In this document: piece after piece, positions 1-9,762 of the stretch
Position numbering within the stretch: position 1 is the first letter of the stretch
Layout: each line of letters begins with the position of its first letter
Source: an uncultured delta proteobacterium
GTDB taxonomy: Bacteria > Myxococcota_A > Polyangia > Fen-1088
Direction: 5' to 3'
NCBI GenBank assembly: GCA_963737265.1
Contig: CAVTRY010000023.1
Span: 1 to 64,000, forward strand
Length of the DNA: 64,000 bases
Program-made: the position numbers and the translations under genes
The notes under the pieces: generated by a model
Database searches by the model: none
What the model was told of the DNA's origin: nothing
What the model saw: only the letters and a program-made list of their open reading frames with translations

Positions 1-20
1 ATAGGGGAATCAAAGGGTGT
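1..20 (-). mobile_element. Probable oriIS-side end of the first IS91/ISCR-like element (cut by window edge)
   Basis: Minus strand reads ...CTTTGATTCCCCTAT at the window edge, downstream of the transposase stop, resembling the TTCCTATAC-type ori ends of IS91/ISCR elements. Confidence 0.45.
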
Positions 21-167
21 TTTGAGCGTCGGAGAACCCTGCCGGACCGCATCAGGTCGGCCCCGATCGCGTTGGCGCGGCGCGCTTGACCGGATTTCTG
101 GGGCCTGACGGGGTCTTTCTCCAGCACGCAGGGCAGTCGACTCCATCCCGACCTGGTCGACGTGCCG

Positions 168-1673
168 TCAGTTCAGCCAGTCTCCGCCCTCGCCACCAGA
201 TCGCGAGGGAGGCGGCCGTGCGGGCCAGAGTTTGGGCGGCTCGGTGGGCAAGCCCATGGCAGAGAGAATCTTCTTGATGGTGTCCTCGGTCTCGACCATG
301 GCGATGAGGCGCAGCGGGGTTTTGCAGCGAGGGCAGACGGTGTCGATGTCGAACGTCCTTTTCAGGAGCTGGCTCCAAGAAATGTAGTGGGAAAGGGGCA
401 GTGAAGGCTTGTCGTTTTCCTCGGGCGTGGCTGCGGCCGGGACTGGGACGACTTGGCTACGGAGGCTGGAGTGTGACGAGATGACCCCCGAATATCTGAC
501 GACATGACGACGCGGAGGGGGGATGATCGCGGCTAGCCTGGCAATAAGGGCGAGCGGCGCAAGGTCGACCGACGATGTGCCATCGGACCACGGGCGCTTG
601 AACTCCAACCTCACGTCACCATCGTCGAGGATCTTGAGGCGGTCGTTGGCGAGGGGCGGGCGCAAGATGTACTTGCACAGGTTCTCGCGACCCTTCTTGT
701 CGTTGGCGGCGACTTTGGTCTGGGCATGCAGGTTGAACCCGGCATGCTGGGCGCATAGTCTGCCTTTGGCCACGGGCGTGGCGTCGGGGTCGAGCACGAT
801 GCGCACAGGCGCCCGCTTGTGCGCGGGGCCGGCGGGGGAGGCTCCGGCGGTGGCGGCGGCCAGGAGTCGGGCCAGGAGCGGATCCTTCTCGCCGATGGTT
901 TCGTCGGTGACGACGGTGACTTCACCGTCGCCTGGCGCGGTGACGAGGGTGATGACCCCGCGACGCTTTAGGAAGCGGAGGATGCGCTTACTGGTGCGTT
1001 CGACGATGGCAAGGACATCCTCTTGGGTAAGTTCCGGCGCCGGGTGGAAGATGGGGGAACCGCCGTCGCGGCCAGGGGCGTACACGCCATCGAGCTGGAG
1101 AACGTGGAAATGCGGGGAGAGACGCAGGTCGCTGTTGGCGCGCTGGATGACAGTGACGGCGCCAGACTCGCCGTCGGTAATCCCCCGATCTGCCATGCGC
1201 CTGCGATAGTTGGACGCGACGGTGTCGATGAAGATGCGCAGGACTTGGCCGAGCAATTTCCCTTCGAAGGCTAAGGGAAATCTCAGCGGGAAAGGCACGG
1301 TCAGCACGAATTGTCGGATGGGCACTTCGGGCAGGACGTGGTCGACCAGAGTCAGGGCGCCCGCGTTCATGCGTCTGCCGCCGCAGCTCGGACAGAAGCC
1401 GCGACCTTTGCAGCTCCAGGCCACCGCATACCGCTGGTGGCAGGTCTTACACAAAAGTTGCGCGAAGCCCCGCGCGAGGATGCCACAGCCTAGGAAGTCG
1501 TGCAGCTCGTCGGTCACGAAGCTGGGCAGCGTGCGGCCGTCGGACTTGTCGGTCCACTCTTGCTCGAAGGTCAGAAGGTGTTGCTGGAGCACCTGGAAGA
1601 GCGCGGTCTTCTCGGGCTCCCGGCGGGCATAGGTGTAGCCGGTCGCAGGTCTTGCGCATGCCGCTGCCTCCAT
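168..1673 (-). CDS. IS91/ISCR-family rolling-circle (HUH) transposase, apparently full length
   Basis: 501 aa; Zn-binding CKTC...CKGRGFCPSC, HUH motif PHFHVLQLDG, single-Tyr motif LCKYILRPP, C-terminal CPRC. Confidence 0.92.
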   Translation of the reverse strand: MEAAACARPATGYTYARREPEKTALFQVLQQHLLTFEQEWTDKSDGRTLPSFVTDELHDFLGCGILARGFAQLLCKTCHQRYAVAWSCKGRGFCPSCGGRRMNAGALTLVDHVLPEVPIRQFVLTVPFPLRFPLAFEGKLLGQVLRIFIDTVASNYRRRMADRGITDGESGAVTVIQRANSDLRLSPHFHVLQLDGVYAPGRDGGSPIFHPAPELTQEDVLAIVERTSKRILRFLKRRGVITLVTAPGDGEVTVVTDETIGEKDPLLARLLAAATAGASPAGPAHKRAPVRIVLDPDATPVAKGRLCAQHAGFNLHAQTKVAANDKKGRENLCKYILRPPLANDRLKILDDGDVRLEFKRPWSDGTSSVDLAPLALIARLAAIIPPPRRHVVRYSGVISSHSSLRSQVVPVPAAATPEENDKPSLPLSHYISWSQLLKRTFDIDTVCPRCKTPLRLIAMVETEDTIKKILSAMGLPTEPPKLWPARPPPSRSGGEGGDWLN

Positions 1674-1917
1674 GAAAGAAGATGTCGGTCAGCGGGTCAC
1701 GGAAGTTGCTTGAGCACGCCCTCAGCGCCCCGCGCCTTCGTCCGGGGGCGGTTCGCTGTCGCGCTGGTTGAGGCAGGCGGCCACGGCGGCGACCAGGCTG
1801 CGGCGGTGGCGGCGCTTGGGGCCCAAGGCAGGCCCAAGGCAGTCGGCTGACTCTTGGTAGCTTGCTGAGATCGGACTGCTGCTCCCCGAGCTGCCTCTCG
1901 AAGTGCGTTTGCATGCA

Positions 1918-2340
1918 CTGCGCCGCGGGTCGCCGAGGTAGATCTCGATGTGACGTCGCGCCCCCTGCAACGCAGCTGCGGCGATCGCCGGTTGCATCGC
2001 GGCGAAGCTGCGCGGCTCGTCGGCATACGGCCCGATGTGCAGGATGCGCCCGCAGCGCTGCTCGGGGATCTTCTCCAGGAACACGCGCGCCGCGGCCTCG
2101 CTACCCTCGAGCTTGCCGCCCTTCTTCGTCGTGGCGTCGCGCACGGTGTCCGTGATCTCGGCCGCGGCCACGTCCGCCGGAACGGTGATGCGCAGGCGCC
2201 ACGTCCAGCTCTCGGGCGGCGGCACGGTGCCTTCCTCCGGACAGCCCTCGGCCGCCCAGACTCCCTCCAGAGGGGCGACGCGGAACTGGCTCCCGCGGCC
2301 GGACTTCTTGCGCGCGAACTTCATCGTATAGACAATGGAG
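1918..2340 (-). pseudogene. GyrI-like small-molecule-binding protein, internal fragment
   Basis: YTMKF...PLEGVW...WTWRLRI...LHIGPYADEP...HIEIYLGDPRR motifs; both termini missing, 3' end runs into the transposase upstream region. Confidence 0.75.
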
Positions 2341-2392
2341 CCTAGTCCAAATAAGCCCGATCTTTCTCTGCGTCATCAGCGAAAAAAGTCTG

Positions 2393-2422
2393 ATAAGGCA
2401 TAATCTGTTAATTATGTCGCAC
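2393..2422 (-). other. dif/Xer-like recombination site candidate
   Basis: Minus strand GTGCGACATAA-TTAACAGA-TTATGCCTTAT versus E. coli dif GGTGCGCATAA-TGTATA-TTATGTTAAAT; 8-bp spacer; AT-rich patch in GC-rich DNA. Confidence 0.4.
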
Positions 2423-2504
2423 TGTCCCCCCCATCTGCCCGGCACCCCCCATCTACCCAGGGAGTATTCCCACCCAGCTTATGTACTGGTGCACCGGCAG
2501 CAGT

Positions 2505-3690
2505 CTAGGGGGTGGCTGTCGTGATATCGACGGAGCCACCGGTGAGCGACCCGGAGGTCGCCTTGAGCGTGATCTTTCCGGCGGTTGCCGTGGCCTGGAC
2601 AATGGCCATGAGCTTGCCGCTGAAAGCGGCGTGCGAGGTGCCCTTGTAGGAGTCGTGGTTGGTCGAATCTCCGGCGTCGAGGCCCACCAGCGCGCCTGGC
2701 CCACCAATCGTAAAGTCGACCTTGTTGTTGGCCTGTGGCACGACGACACCCTGGGCGTCGACGATGTCCACCTCGACGAAAGAGAGGTCACGACCATCGG
2801 CGGCGATGGAAGCGCGGTCGGCCGTGAGGGTCAAGGCCGCTGCCGCCCCGGCGGTCTTCACCGTGTCGGTCGCGACGACCGCACCGCCCTTGGTGGCCTT
2901 GGCCTGCAGCGTGCCCGTCGCGAAGGGAACCGACCACTGCAAATGTCCGGTGGCAGCGCTCATCGTCTTTGCGCCCTGCGACTTGTCGTTGAGGAAGAGC
3001 TCGACGCTGTCGGCATTGGTGTAGACCATGACCTTTACCGATTGTCCGGCCGTCCAGTTGGTCCAGTTCATGGGAACGATGTGAACCATGGTGGGCCCAC
3101 TGGCGTTCCATTTGCTCTGATAGAAGTAGAAGACGTCCTTGGGCAGGTACGCGGTGTCGATGGCTCCGAAGTAGGAACTCTTGGATGGCCACGTATAGGG
3201 CGTCGGCTCGCCAATGTAGTCGAAGCCGGTCCAGATGAACTCGCCGGCGATCCACGCGCGCGTGTTGACGTTGTTCCACGACGCTTCCGCGCCCGCCCCC
3301 CAGCCGGCCCAAGCGTCGTCGTAGGACGACTCTTGGTTGTTATTGTTGTTGTAGATGCCGCGGCTGCGCAGGGCGGAGGACGACTCGCTGGCGAACATCT
3401 TGTAACTCGGGTTGGACGTGTGAACCGAGTCGTAGCGATCCGGAGCGTAGTTGATGCCTACCAGGTCTTCGAGGCCGGTGATGCTGTCGACGCCGACCCA
3501 TGCCGCATAGGCCTGGGTCGTGGGTCGGGTGGTGTCCTTGGCGTGAACCGAAGTGATCAGCTTCTGCACCGTGGCCTTGTCGCCGGCTTGCGCGACCTCG
3601 TTTCCGATGCTCCAGATGATCACGCTCGGGTGGTTGCGATCGCGGGCCACGTAACCCTGGACGTCCGTGTCATACCACTGGTTGAAGAAT
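2505..3690 (-). pseudogene. Glycoside hydrolase family 2 (beta-galactosidase-like), 5'-truncated
   Basis: RDRNHPSVIIWSIGNE acid/base motif, SESSS, WTGFDYIGEPTP, C-terminal Ig-like domains; frame ends at the ISL3 left end. Confidence 0.9.
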
Positions 3691-3691
3691 C

Positions 3692-5179
3692 GGGTTCATC
3701 GCGCGTTCGGGTGATTGCGAAGGCAACGGCGTAGCCGCCGCTCCGGGGGCCGGCAAGGCGCTTCGCGCCTCCTCCGCTTCGCTCCGGCCCTACGGGTGAC
3801 GGCCTCCTCGCTGGCGGCTCAGGTGCTGCTATGCGACGACGAGGATCTCGTCGCCGCGCGCGACGGTGCGCGAAATGAAAAGTGGACGTCCGTCGGTGAT
3901 CCTTCGGGTTTATGCAAATCACGAGGAACTCCCAACGAACGTCCGTCCCTGGTATTTTGGCATTGCAGCTGGCCATTGCAAACGGCTGGCGTGTCAGTTT
4001 CGACAGCTACAGCGGTACCGATGGCTCCTGGCATGTACACCTGTATCCGACCAGGCAGTCGGCTGTGTGCTCCGGCTGTGGAGAGACCAAGCGCTGCGCG
4101 CTGGATATCAAGAATTGCGCCCGGGCCTGGCGTCATCTCGACGGTTGGGGCATCCGCACGGTCGTCATCGCGCCTCTGCGGCGCGTGCGCTGTCGCCGCT
4201 GTGGGATCCGGGTCGAACAGGTCCCGTGGGCGCGCACCGGCTCGCGCATGACTCACATGTTCGAGGCGGAGGTCCTGCGGCGTGCCCGCACGACTTCCAT
4301 TGCCGGCGTGTGCCGCCAACTCGGGCTGCACTGGACTACCGTCATGCGCCTCATCACCCACTGGGTCGAGGATGCGGTCGAGCGCCGCTTCCATCGCAAG
4401 CTTCGCATCATCGGCGTCGACGAGGTCAGCTACGGCCGAGGCCAGAACAAGTATCTGACCATCGTCTGGGACCACGAGGCCGGACACGTGGTTTGGATCG
4501 GCGAGGGCAAGCAGGAGGAAACACTCAAGCAGTTTTTCGTGAAGCTGGGACCGCGCCGGTCGCATCGGCTGGTGGCAGTCACGCTGGACATGGCCCAAGG
4601 CTACATCAACGCCATCTGCGAACATGCCCCACAGGCTGACCTCGTCTTCGACCGATTCCACATCGAGCACCACCTCACCGACGCCGTCGACCAGGTCCGC
4701 AAGGCGGAATTTTGGCGCAAGGGTGGCCTGTATCGCGAGGCCATCCGAGGCAAGAAGTTCCTCCTGCTCAAGAAGCGTCGTCGTCTTCACTGGCGTCGCC
4801 GTCGCGAGCTTGACGAGCTATTCCGCCTCAACCGACGTCTCCAGGTAGCGTACCTGCTCAAGGAGCAGTTCGACGTCGTATGGGGCTATCACACTGAGGT
4901 CGGTATGGCTGCAGCACTCGACCACTGGCGTCGCCTATTACGCTGGCAACGACTTGGCTCGTTGAAGCGATTCTGGAACATGATTAAGCGCCATTGGTCG
5001 GGCGTTATTGCCTGGGCCAAGCACGGTCTTTCCAACGCAGCCCTCGAAGGCAACAATTCACGTGTTCGCGGCATCAGCCAGCGTGGCCACGGCTACCGCA
5101 ACCCCGACAACCTCATGCAGATCCTGTATTTCTCATGCTGCCACTGACCCTCGACGGAAGCTCACCCGAAAGCGTGATG
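3692..5179 (+). mobile_element. ISL3-family insertion sequence
   Basis: Imperfect inverted repeats CATCGCGCGTTCGGGTGA (3697-3714) and TCACCCGAAAGCGTGATG (5162-5179), 16/18 match, enclosing the transposase; no target duplication seen. Confidence 0.85.
3912..5147 (+). CDS. ISL3-family DDE transposase
   Basis: Zn finger CSGCG...CRRCG, IGVDE, TLDM, FDRFH, SNAALEGNN...GYRN motifs. Confidence 0.93.
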   Translation: MQITRNSQRTSVPGILALQLAIANGWRVSFDSYSGTDGSWHVHLYPTRQSAVCSGCGETKRCALDIKNCARAWRHLDGWGIRTVVIAPLRRVRCRRCGIRVEQVPWARTGSRMTHMFEAEVLRRARTTSIAGVCRQLGLHWTTVMRLITHWVEDAVERRFHRKLRIIGVDEVSYGRGQNKYLTIVWDHEAGHVVWIGEGKQEETLKQFFVKLGPRRSHRLVAVTLDMAQGYINAICEHAPQADLVFDRFHIEHHLTDAVDQVRKAEFWRKGGLYREAIRGKKFLLLKKRRRLHWRRRRELDELFRLNRRLQVAYLLKEQFDVVWGYHTEVGMAAALDHWRRLLRWQRLGSLKRFWNMIKRHWSGVIAWAKHGLSNAALEGNNSRVRGISQRGHGYRNPDNLMQILYFSCCH

Positions 5180-6543
5180 GGCGGGAGTTTGCAGGGTACT
5201 TGGATTGCGGCCTGCTATGCCGAGGCTTTGCAGCGCTCCGATGCGAGGACTGCGGCGAGCACATGGTCGTGGCGTGGAGCTGCAAGTCGCGCGGATTTTT
5301 CCCCTCGTGTACGGGTAGAAGAATGGCACAGACCGCGACGAATTGGCTCGAACACGTGCTGCCAGCAACTCCCCTGCGACAGTTCGTGGTGACATTTCCC
5401 TTCGAGCTTCGCCAGCGTCTGGCCTACGATGGCAAGACCCTGCGCGCGGTCGGCAGGATCTTCATGGACTCGGTTCTTGGATGGTATCGACGCCGAATGC
5501 GCGACGAAGGCATTCGCGACGGCCGCAGCGGTGCGGTCATGGTCGCGCAGCGGAACAACGCCGACGTGAAGCTTAACCCGCACCTGCACGCCATTTTCGT
5601 CGATGGTGTCTTTGCGACCGTGCCCGACGGCAAGCCGGTCTTCCACGCCCTGCCACGCCTCTCGACCGAGGAGGTCGGCGACCTCTTGCAGGTGGTGCGT
5701 GCCCGCGTCCTCGCACACCTCGTCCGCCGTGGCATCATCGAGCCTGGCTCCGACCTGACCGTGCTCAACGACGGCTTCGCCGAGCGCGAGCCGGCCCTGG
5801 CCCAGTTGGCCGCCGCCGCCGTGTCTGGCCTGCCGCCTGCTGGCCCCGAGTTGCGCCGCTGCCCCGAACCCGTGATGCTGCGCGGCCACCCCGGCGTCGA
5901 AGTGACAGCGCCCCTTTCCGTCACCGAGTTCGGGTTCTCCCTGCATGCTGCCACTCGCGCTGGCGCCGAAGACGCTCGTGGCCGCGAAGCCCTGTGCAAG
6001 TACGTGCTTCGCCCGCCCCTGGCCCAAGAGCGCCTGAGCCTCCTGCCAGACGGTCTGGTCCGCATCACGCTCCGCAAGCCTTTCCGAGACGGCACCTACG
6101 CCGTCGACATGGATCCGCTCTCGTTGCTTTGCCGTCTTGCCACCACGATTCCTCCGCCAAGGTTGCATGGGGTGCGCTACTCCGGTGTTCTCGCCCCCGC
6201 CGCTAAGCTCCGCCCTCTGATCGTGCCGCTACCCCCGCCTCCGCCCCAGGGCGATGCCGCCAAACCCGCAAGCACCCCCCCTACCCATCGTTGCGCCTAC
6301 ATCCCGTGGGCCATCCTCGCCAAGAAAACCTTCAAGGAAGACATCGACCGTTGCCCGAAGTGCGGGGGCAAGATGAAGCTCAAATCGCTGGTGCAGGAGC
6401 CCGAGAACATCGCCAGGTTCCTGCGCCACCTGGGAGAGCCGACCGAGCCACCACCCCTGGCCCCGGCGAGGGCGCCGCCCTACTGGAAGGTTCGCGAGCT
6501 GCGCCGCAAGCCCCATGCTCAGACCGATATGTTCCACGCCTAG
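5180..6543 (+). pseudogene. IS91/ISCR-family transposase copy A, N-terminus missing at the ISL3 junction
   Basis: YLDCGLLCRGF, CKSRGFFPSC, HUH PHLHAIFVDG, LCKYVLRPP, CPKC; the first ~57 codons of ORF 5008-6543 are ISL3 DNA. Confidence 0.88.
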
Positions 6544-6664
6544 CCCAAGCAGCCCGTAGACCGCGCCGCCCGGGCCGCCGTCTGCCCGAAGACGCCATTG
6601 CCGCTCTATGCTGCCGCCCAAGGTGACCAAAACCCTGTCCTCGTCCCCTCCTTCTTGGGCTCCC

Positions 6665-6820
6665 TCCCCGGGCTGGCAACCCCGTCCAGGCCCTTCTCAC
6701 CCGGTTTTCGAACCCTGGCCCCCGCTTGTTTCCCTTACGCGTCCCCGGGCTGGCAACCCCGTCCAGGCCCTTCTCACCCGGTTTTCGAACCCTGGCCCCC
6801 GCTTGTTTCCCTTACGCGTC
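6665..6820 (+). repeat. 77-bp tandem duplication of the ori-side end of IS91-like copy A
   Basis: TCCCCGGGCTGGCAACC...GCTTGTTTCCCTTACGCGT starts at 6665 and again at 6742. Confidence 0.93.
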
Positions 6821-6891
6821 GGGAATTCGCCTCCGCCGCTTCGCCAACCCGATATGGACTTTCGGAGTCTCCTATCCTTTAATGCCGCCCG

Positions 6892-8304
6892 ATGGCAACG
6901 CGCCCGGCCCAAACCACCATGCCGTCGAGGGACTCGACCTTGAGGCTGTCGGGCCAAACTGTGCTGGCGATTCGATGGGGATTTCCGTCTTCGAGAGGGA
7001 TGCTCTCGCGGTTGTCGGACGGGCGGGTTGTGCTTGGCCGCGACGATGATTGTCAAGTCAGGCTTCCGGGCCAGGAGACTTCGCGTCGTCACGCCGAGAT
7101 CCGCCGCGAGGATCCGCTTCACATCATCAAGGATCTCGACAGCAGAAACGGTGTTTTTCTGGATGGCCAGCAGATTCGCGAAGCCCCGATTTCGGCTGGG
7201 AATGTTTTGCGCCTGGGCGAATGGATCGGAATCGTCATCCACGCCGCGCCCGAAGTTCCCGAGGCCGACCCCGTCTTCGATCTTCTCGTCGCCAATCTGG
7301 CGGGCGGCCCGGTGCTTCGACCCGTTCTCGAACAGGCCAAGCTGGCCGCATCCAGCTCGCTGCCCACTGTGATCTGGGGCGAAACCGGAACCGGCAAGGA
7401 AGGCGTTTCGCGCGCCATGCACGAATGGAGCGGACGCAAAGGCCCGTTTGTCGCCGTCAACTGCGCCACCCTGGTGCCCACCCTGGCCGAGGCCGAGCTG
7501 TTTGGCTATCGCAAGGGAGCGTTCACGGGCGCCGATCGCGCCAGTCCGGGGTACTTCCGCACTGCTCAAGGCGGAACGCTGCTGCTCGACGAGGTCGCGG
7601 ATATTCCCGAGGCAGTGCAGGCCAAACTCCTGCGCGCGATCGAGCAGCGGGAGATCATGCCGCTCGGCGAATCCGTGCCTGTGCCCATCGACGTTCGCGT
7701 GCTGGCGGCCACGCAGATTCCGCTCGCGCAGCTGGTGGCCGAGCGCCGCTTTCGCGCCGACCTGTGCGCGCGCCTCGACGGCTTGACCATCCGGCTGCCT
7801 CTGCTGCGCGAGCGCAAGCAAGAGATCCCGTACCTGTTTTCCTACCTGTTGCAACTACATTCCGGGGGCCGGCCGCCCGAGGTCGAACCGCGCCTGGTCG
7901 AACAACTTTGTCTCTACGACTGGCCGTTCAACGTGCGCGAACTGGACTTGCTGGTGCGCCGCCTGCTGGTCCTACACGGTCACGAGCCGCTTCTTCGCCG
8001 CTCTTTTCTTCCCGAGGACATTCTCAACCGTCGAGCAGCATCGGCAAGGACATCCGGCGGCTCGCTTGCAACGCCTTCGACCGGCAACGTGCAGCCCGCA
8101 CCCAATACGCCCGAATCCCATCGCGCGCGCCGCGAACGCGAGCTGGCCCAATTGACGGAGGCACTTCGAGCCCACAACGGCAGCGTCGCCCGTGCGGCGG
8201 CATCGGTTGGGATCTCACGCCAACGCGCCTATCGCTTGATGGAAGCGGGCGCTGGCGCGGGCGTGGTTGAATCCGACGAGCAAGACCAAGGAGAGGCACA
8301 GTGA
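6892..8304 (+). CDS. FHA-domain sigma54-dependent transcriptional activator (FHA-AAA+-HTH)
   Basis: FHA GR..SRRHA..DLDSRNG; Walker A GETGTGKE; GAFTGA; LLLDE; WPFNVREL; C-terminal HTH. Confidence 0.93.
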   Translation: MATRPAQTTMPSRDSTLRLSGQTVLAIRWGFPSSRGMLSRLSDGRVVLGRDDDCQVRLPGQETSRRHAEIRREDPLHIIKDLDSRNGVFLDGQQIREAPISAGNVLRLGEWIGIVIHAAPEVPEADPVFDLLVANLAGGPVLRPVLEQAKLAASSSLPTVIWGETGTGKEGVSRAMHEWSGRKGPFVAVNCATLVPTLAEAELFGYRKGAFTGADRASPGYFRTAQGGTLLLDEVADIPEAVQAKLLRAIEQREIMPLGESVPVPIDVRVLAATQIPLAQLVAERRFRADLCARLDGLTIRLPLLRERKQEIPYLFSYLLQLHSGGRPPEVEPRLVEQLCLYDWPFNVRELDLLVRRLLVLHGHEPLLRRSFLPEDILNRRAASARTSGGSLATPSTGNVQPAPNTPESHRARRERELAQLTEALRAHNGSVARAAASVGISRQRAYRLMEAGAGAGVVESDEQDQGEAQ

Positions 8305-9716
8305 CTGAAGCATACGGCGCGGTCAGCACGCGCGTGGGCAGAACCGCGGCCGGCAAGTACAAATTGGTGCGCCTGCTCGGCGAGGGCGGCATGGGCGCGG
8401 TTTATGAGGCCCAGCACTCGGTCGTCGGTCGCCGCTTCGCCATCAAATTCCTGCACCCAGAGTTGGCCGGCAACACCGAGATCGTGGCCCGCTTCCAGCG
8501 CGAAGCCCAGGCGGCCGGAAGCCTGGAAAACGAAAACATCGCGGCCGTGGTGGACGCGGGCACGGCCGACGACGGCGCGCCCTACCTGGTCATGGAATAC
8601 CTGGAGGGCGAGGATTTGGCCCACCTGCTGGTGCGCACGGGTCCGCTGCCGGCGCCGCGCGCTGCCTACATCATGATCCAGGCCTGTCGCGGGCTGGCCG
8701 CAGCGCACGAGCGCGACATCATCCATCGCGACCTCAAGCCCGAAAACCTGTTCGTGTGTAAGCGCAACGACGGCAGCGATCTGGTCAAGGTGCTCGATTT
8801 CGGCATCGCCAAACTGCACGTGGGCGGCTCTGGCACCGGGCTGACCCACACCGGGGCGACCATGGGCACGCCTTTCTACATGTCGCTGGAGCAAGCCCGC
8901 GGCGCCAAGGAAGTCGACCATCGCTCCGACATCTATTCGCTCGGCGTAATCCTGTACGAGATTTTGAGCGGCGCCAAACCCCATCCCGGCGAGTCGTACA
9001 ACGAGATCCTCTATCACGTGATTTCCAACGAACCGACGCCGCTCGATTCCGTGCGCGTGGGTTTGCCAGCCGGCCTCGCCACGGTCGCCCACAAGGCCAT
9101 GGCCCGCGAGGCGGGGGATCGATATGCCTCCGTCGTGGATTTCATGGAGGCGCTGATACCCTTTGCGGGCCGGGCGGTGACGCCGCTGCGGACATCCGTG
9201 GGCGCCACGGCTCCGAGTCCGGTTTCCATCCCGAAGCTCGTGGCTCGCACCGTGGCTTTGCCGTCGACGCCGGAACCGCCGGAGGCCAAGCCCGCCGACA
9301 CCGTCCTGGGCGGACGGTCGCGCCTCGTCCTTTTGGCCGGCGTGGCCGCGATCCTGGTGCTGTTGGCCGGCGTCCTTGCGTGGGTCGCGTTCGGCGGCAG
9401 GCCGGAGCCCAAAGTCGCGCCACCTGCCCCAGTGGTGGTGCCGGCGCCGGTGGCTCCCGTCGTAGCGCCGCCGCCATCTCCCGCGCCAGCCGCTGTCGCG
9501 CCGCCAGCCGCCCAGGTCGAAAGTCCACCCGTCCGTCCACCCGAACGTCCACCTGGACAACGCCAGCCGAAGCGTCCGGCGGCAGTCAGCGGTGATTCCA
9601 AGGCACCCAAGACCGCAGAGCCAGCGGCACAATCACCCGAATCTTCCGAGATTTCGCCCACGCCGCGAAGGAAGCTGGTCCGGTCGATTGATCGCCAGAA
9701 TCCCTTCGCCGAGTAG
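8301..9716 (+). CDS. Membrane-anchored Hanks-type Ser/Thr protein kinase
   Basis: GEGGMGAV, AIK, HRDLKPEN, DFG, GTPFYMS; TM helix then Pro-rich tail ending DRQNPFAE. Confidence 0.95.
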   Translation: MTEAYGAVSTRVGRTAAGKYKLVRLLGEGGMGAVYEAQHSVVGRRFAIKFLHPELAGNTEIVARFQREAQAAGSLENENIAAVVDAGTADDGAPYLVMEYLEGEDLAHLLVRTGPLPAPRAAYIMIQACRGLAAAHERDIIHRDLKPENLFVCKRNDGSDLVKVLDFGIAKLHVGGSGTGLTHTGATMGTPFYMSLEQARGAKEVDHRSDIYSLGVILYEILSGAKPHPGESYNEILYHVISNEPTPLDSVRVGLPAGLATVAHKAMAREAGDRYASVVDFMEALIPFAGRAVTPLRTSVGATAPSPVSIPKLVARTVALPSTPEPPEAKPADTVLGGRSRLVLLAGVAAILVLLAGVLAWVAFGGRPEPKVAPPAPVVVPAPVAPVVAPPPSPAPAAVAPPAAQVESPPVRPPERPPGQRQPKRPAAVSGDSKAPKTAEPAAQSPESSEISPTPRRKLVRSIDRQNPFAE

Positions 9717-9762
9717 GCACGGAAGCTGCACTGTCTGAAAACCGAGACCAAGGATCCCCGAA

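Noticed and set aside
523-1632. Long antisense and alternate-frame ORFs over transposases and other genes (also 2481-3734, 3819-4790, 8229-9632, 37559-38770 and similar)
   Set aside because: Shadow ORFs expected in high-GC DNA; no motifs, and they overlap well-supported genes.
5008-5179. N-terminal part of the 511-aa ORF as a real transposase start
   Set aside because: It is ISL3 3'-end DNA read in frame by chance.
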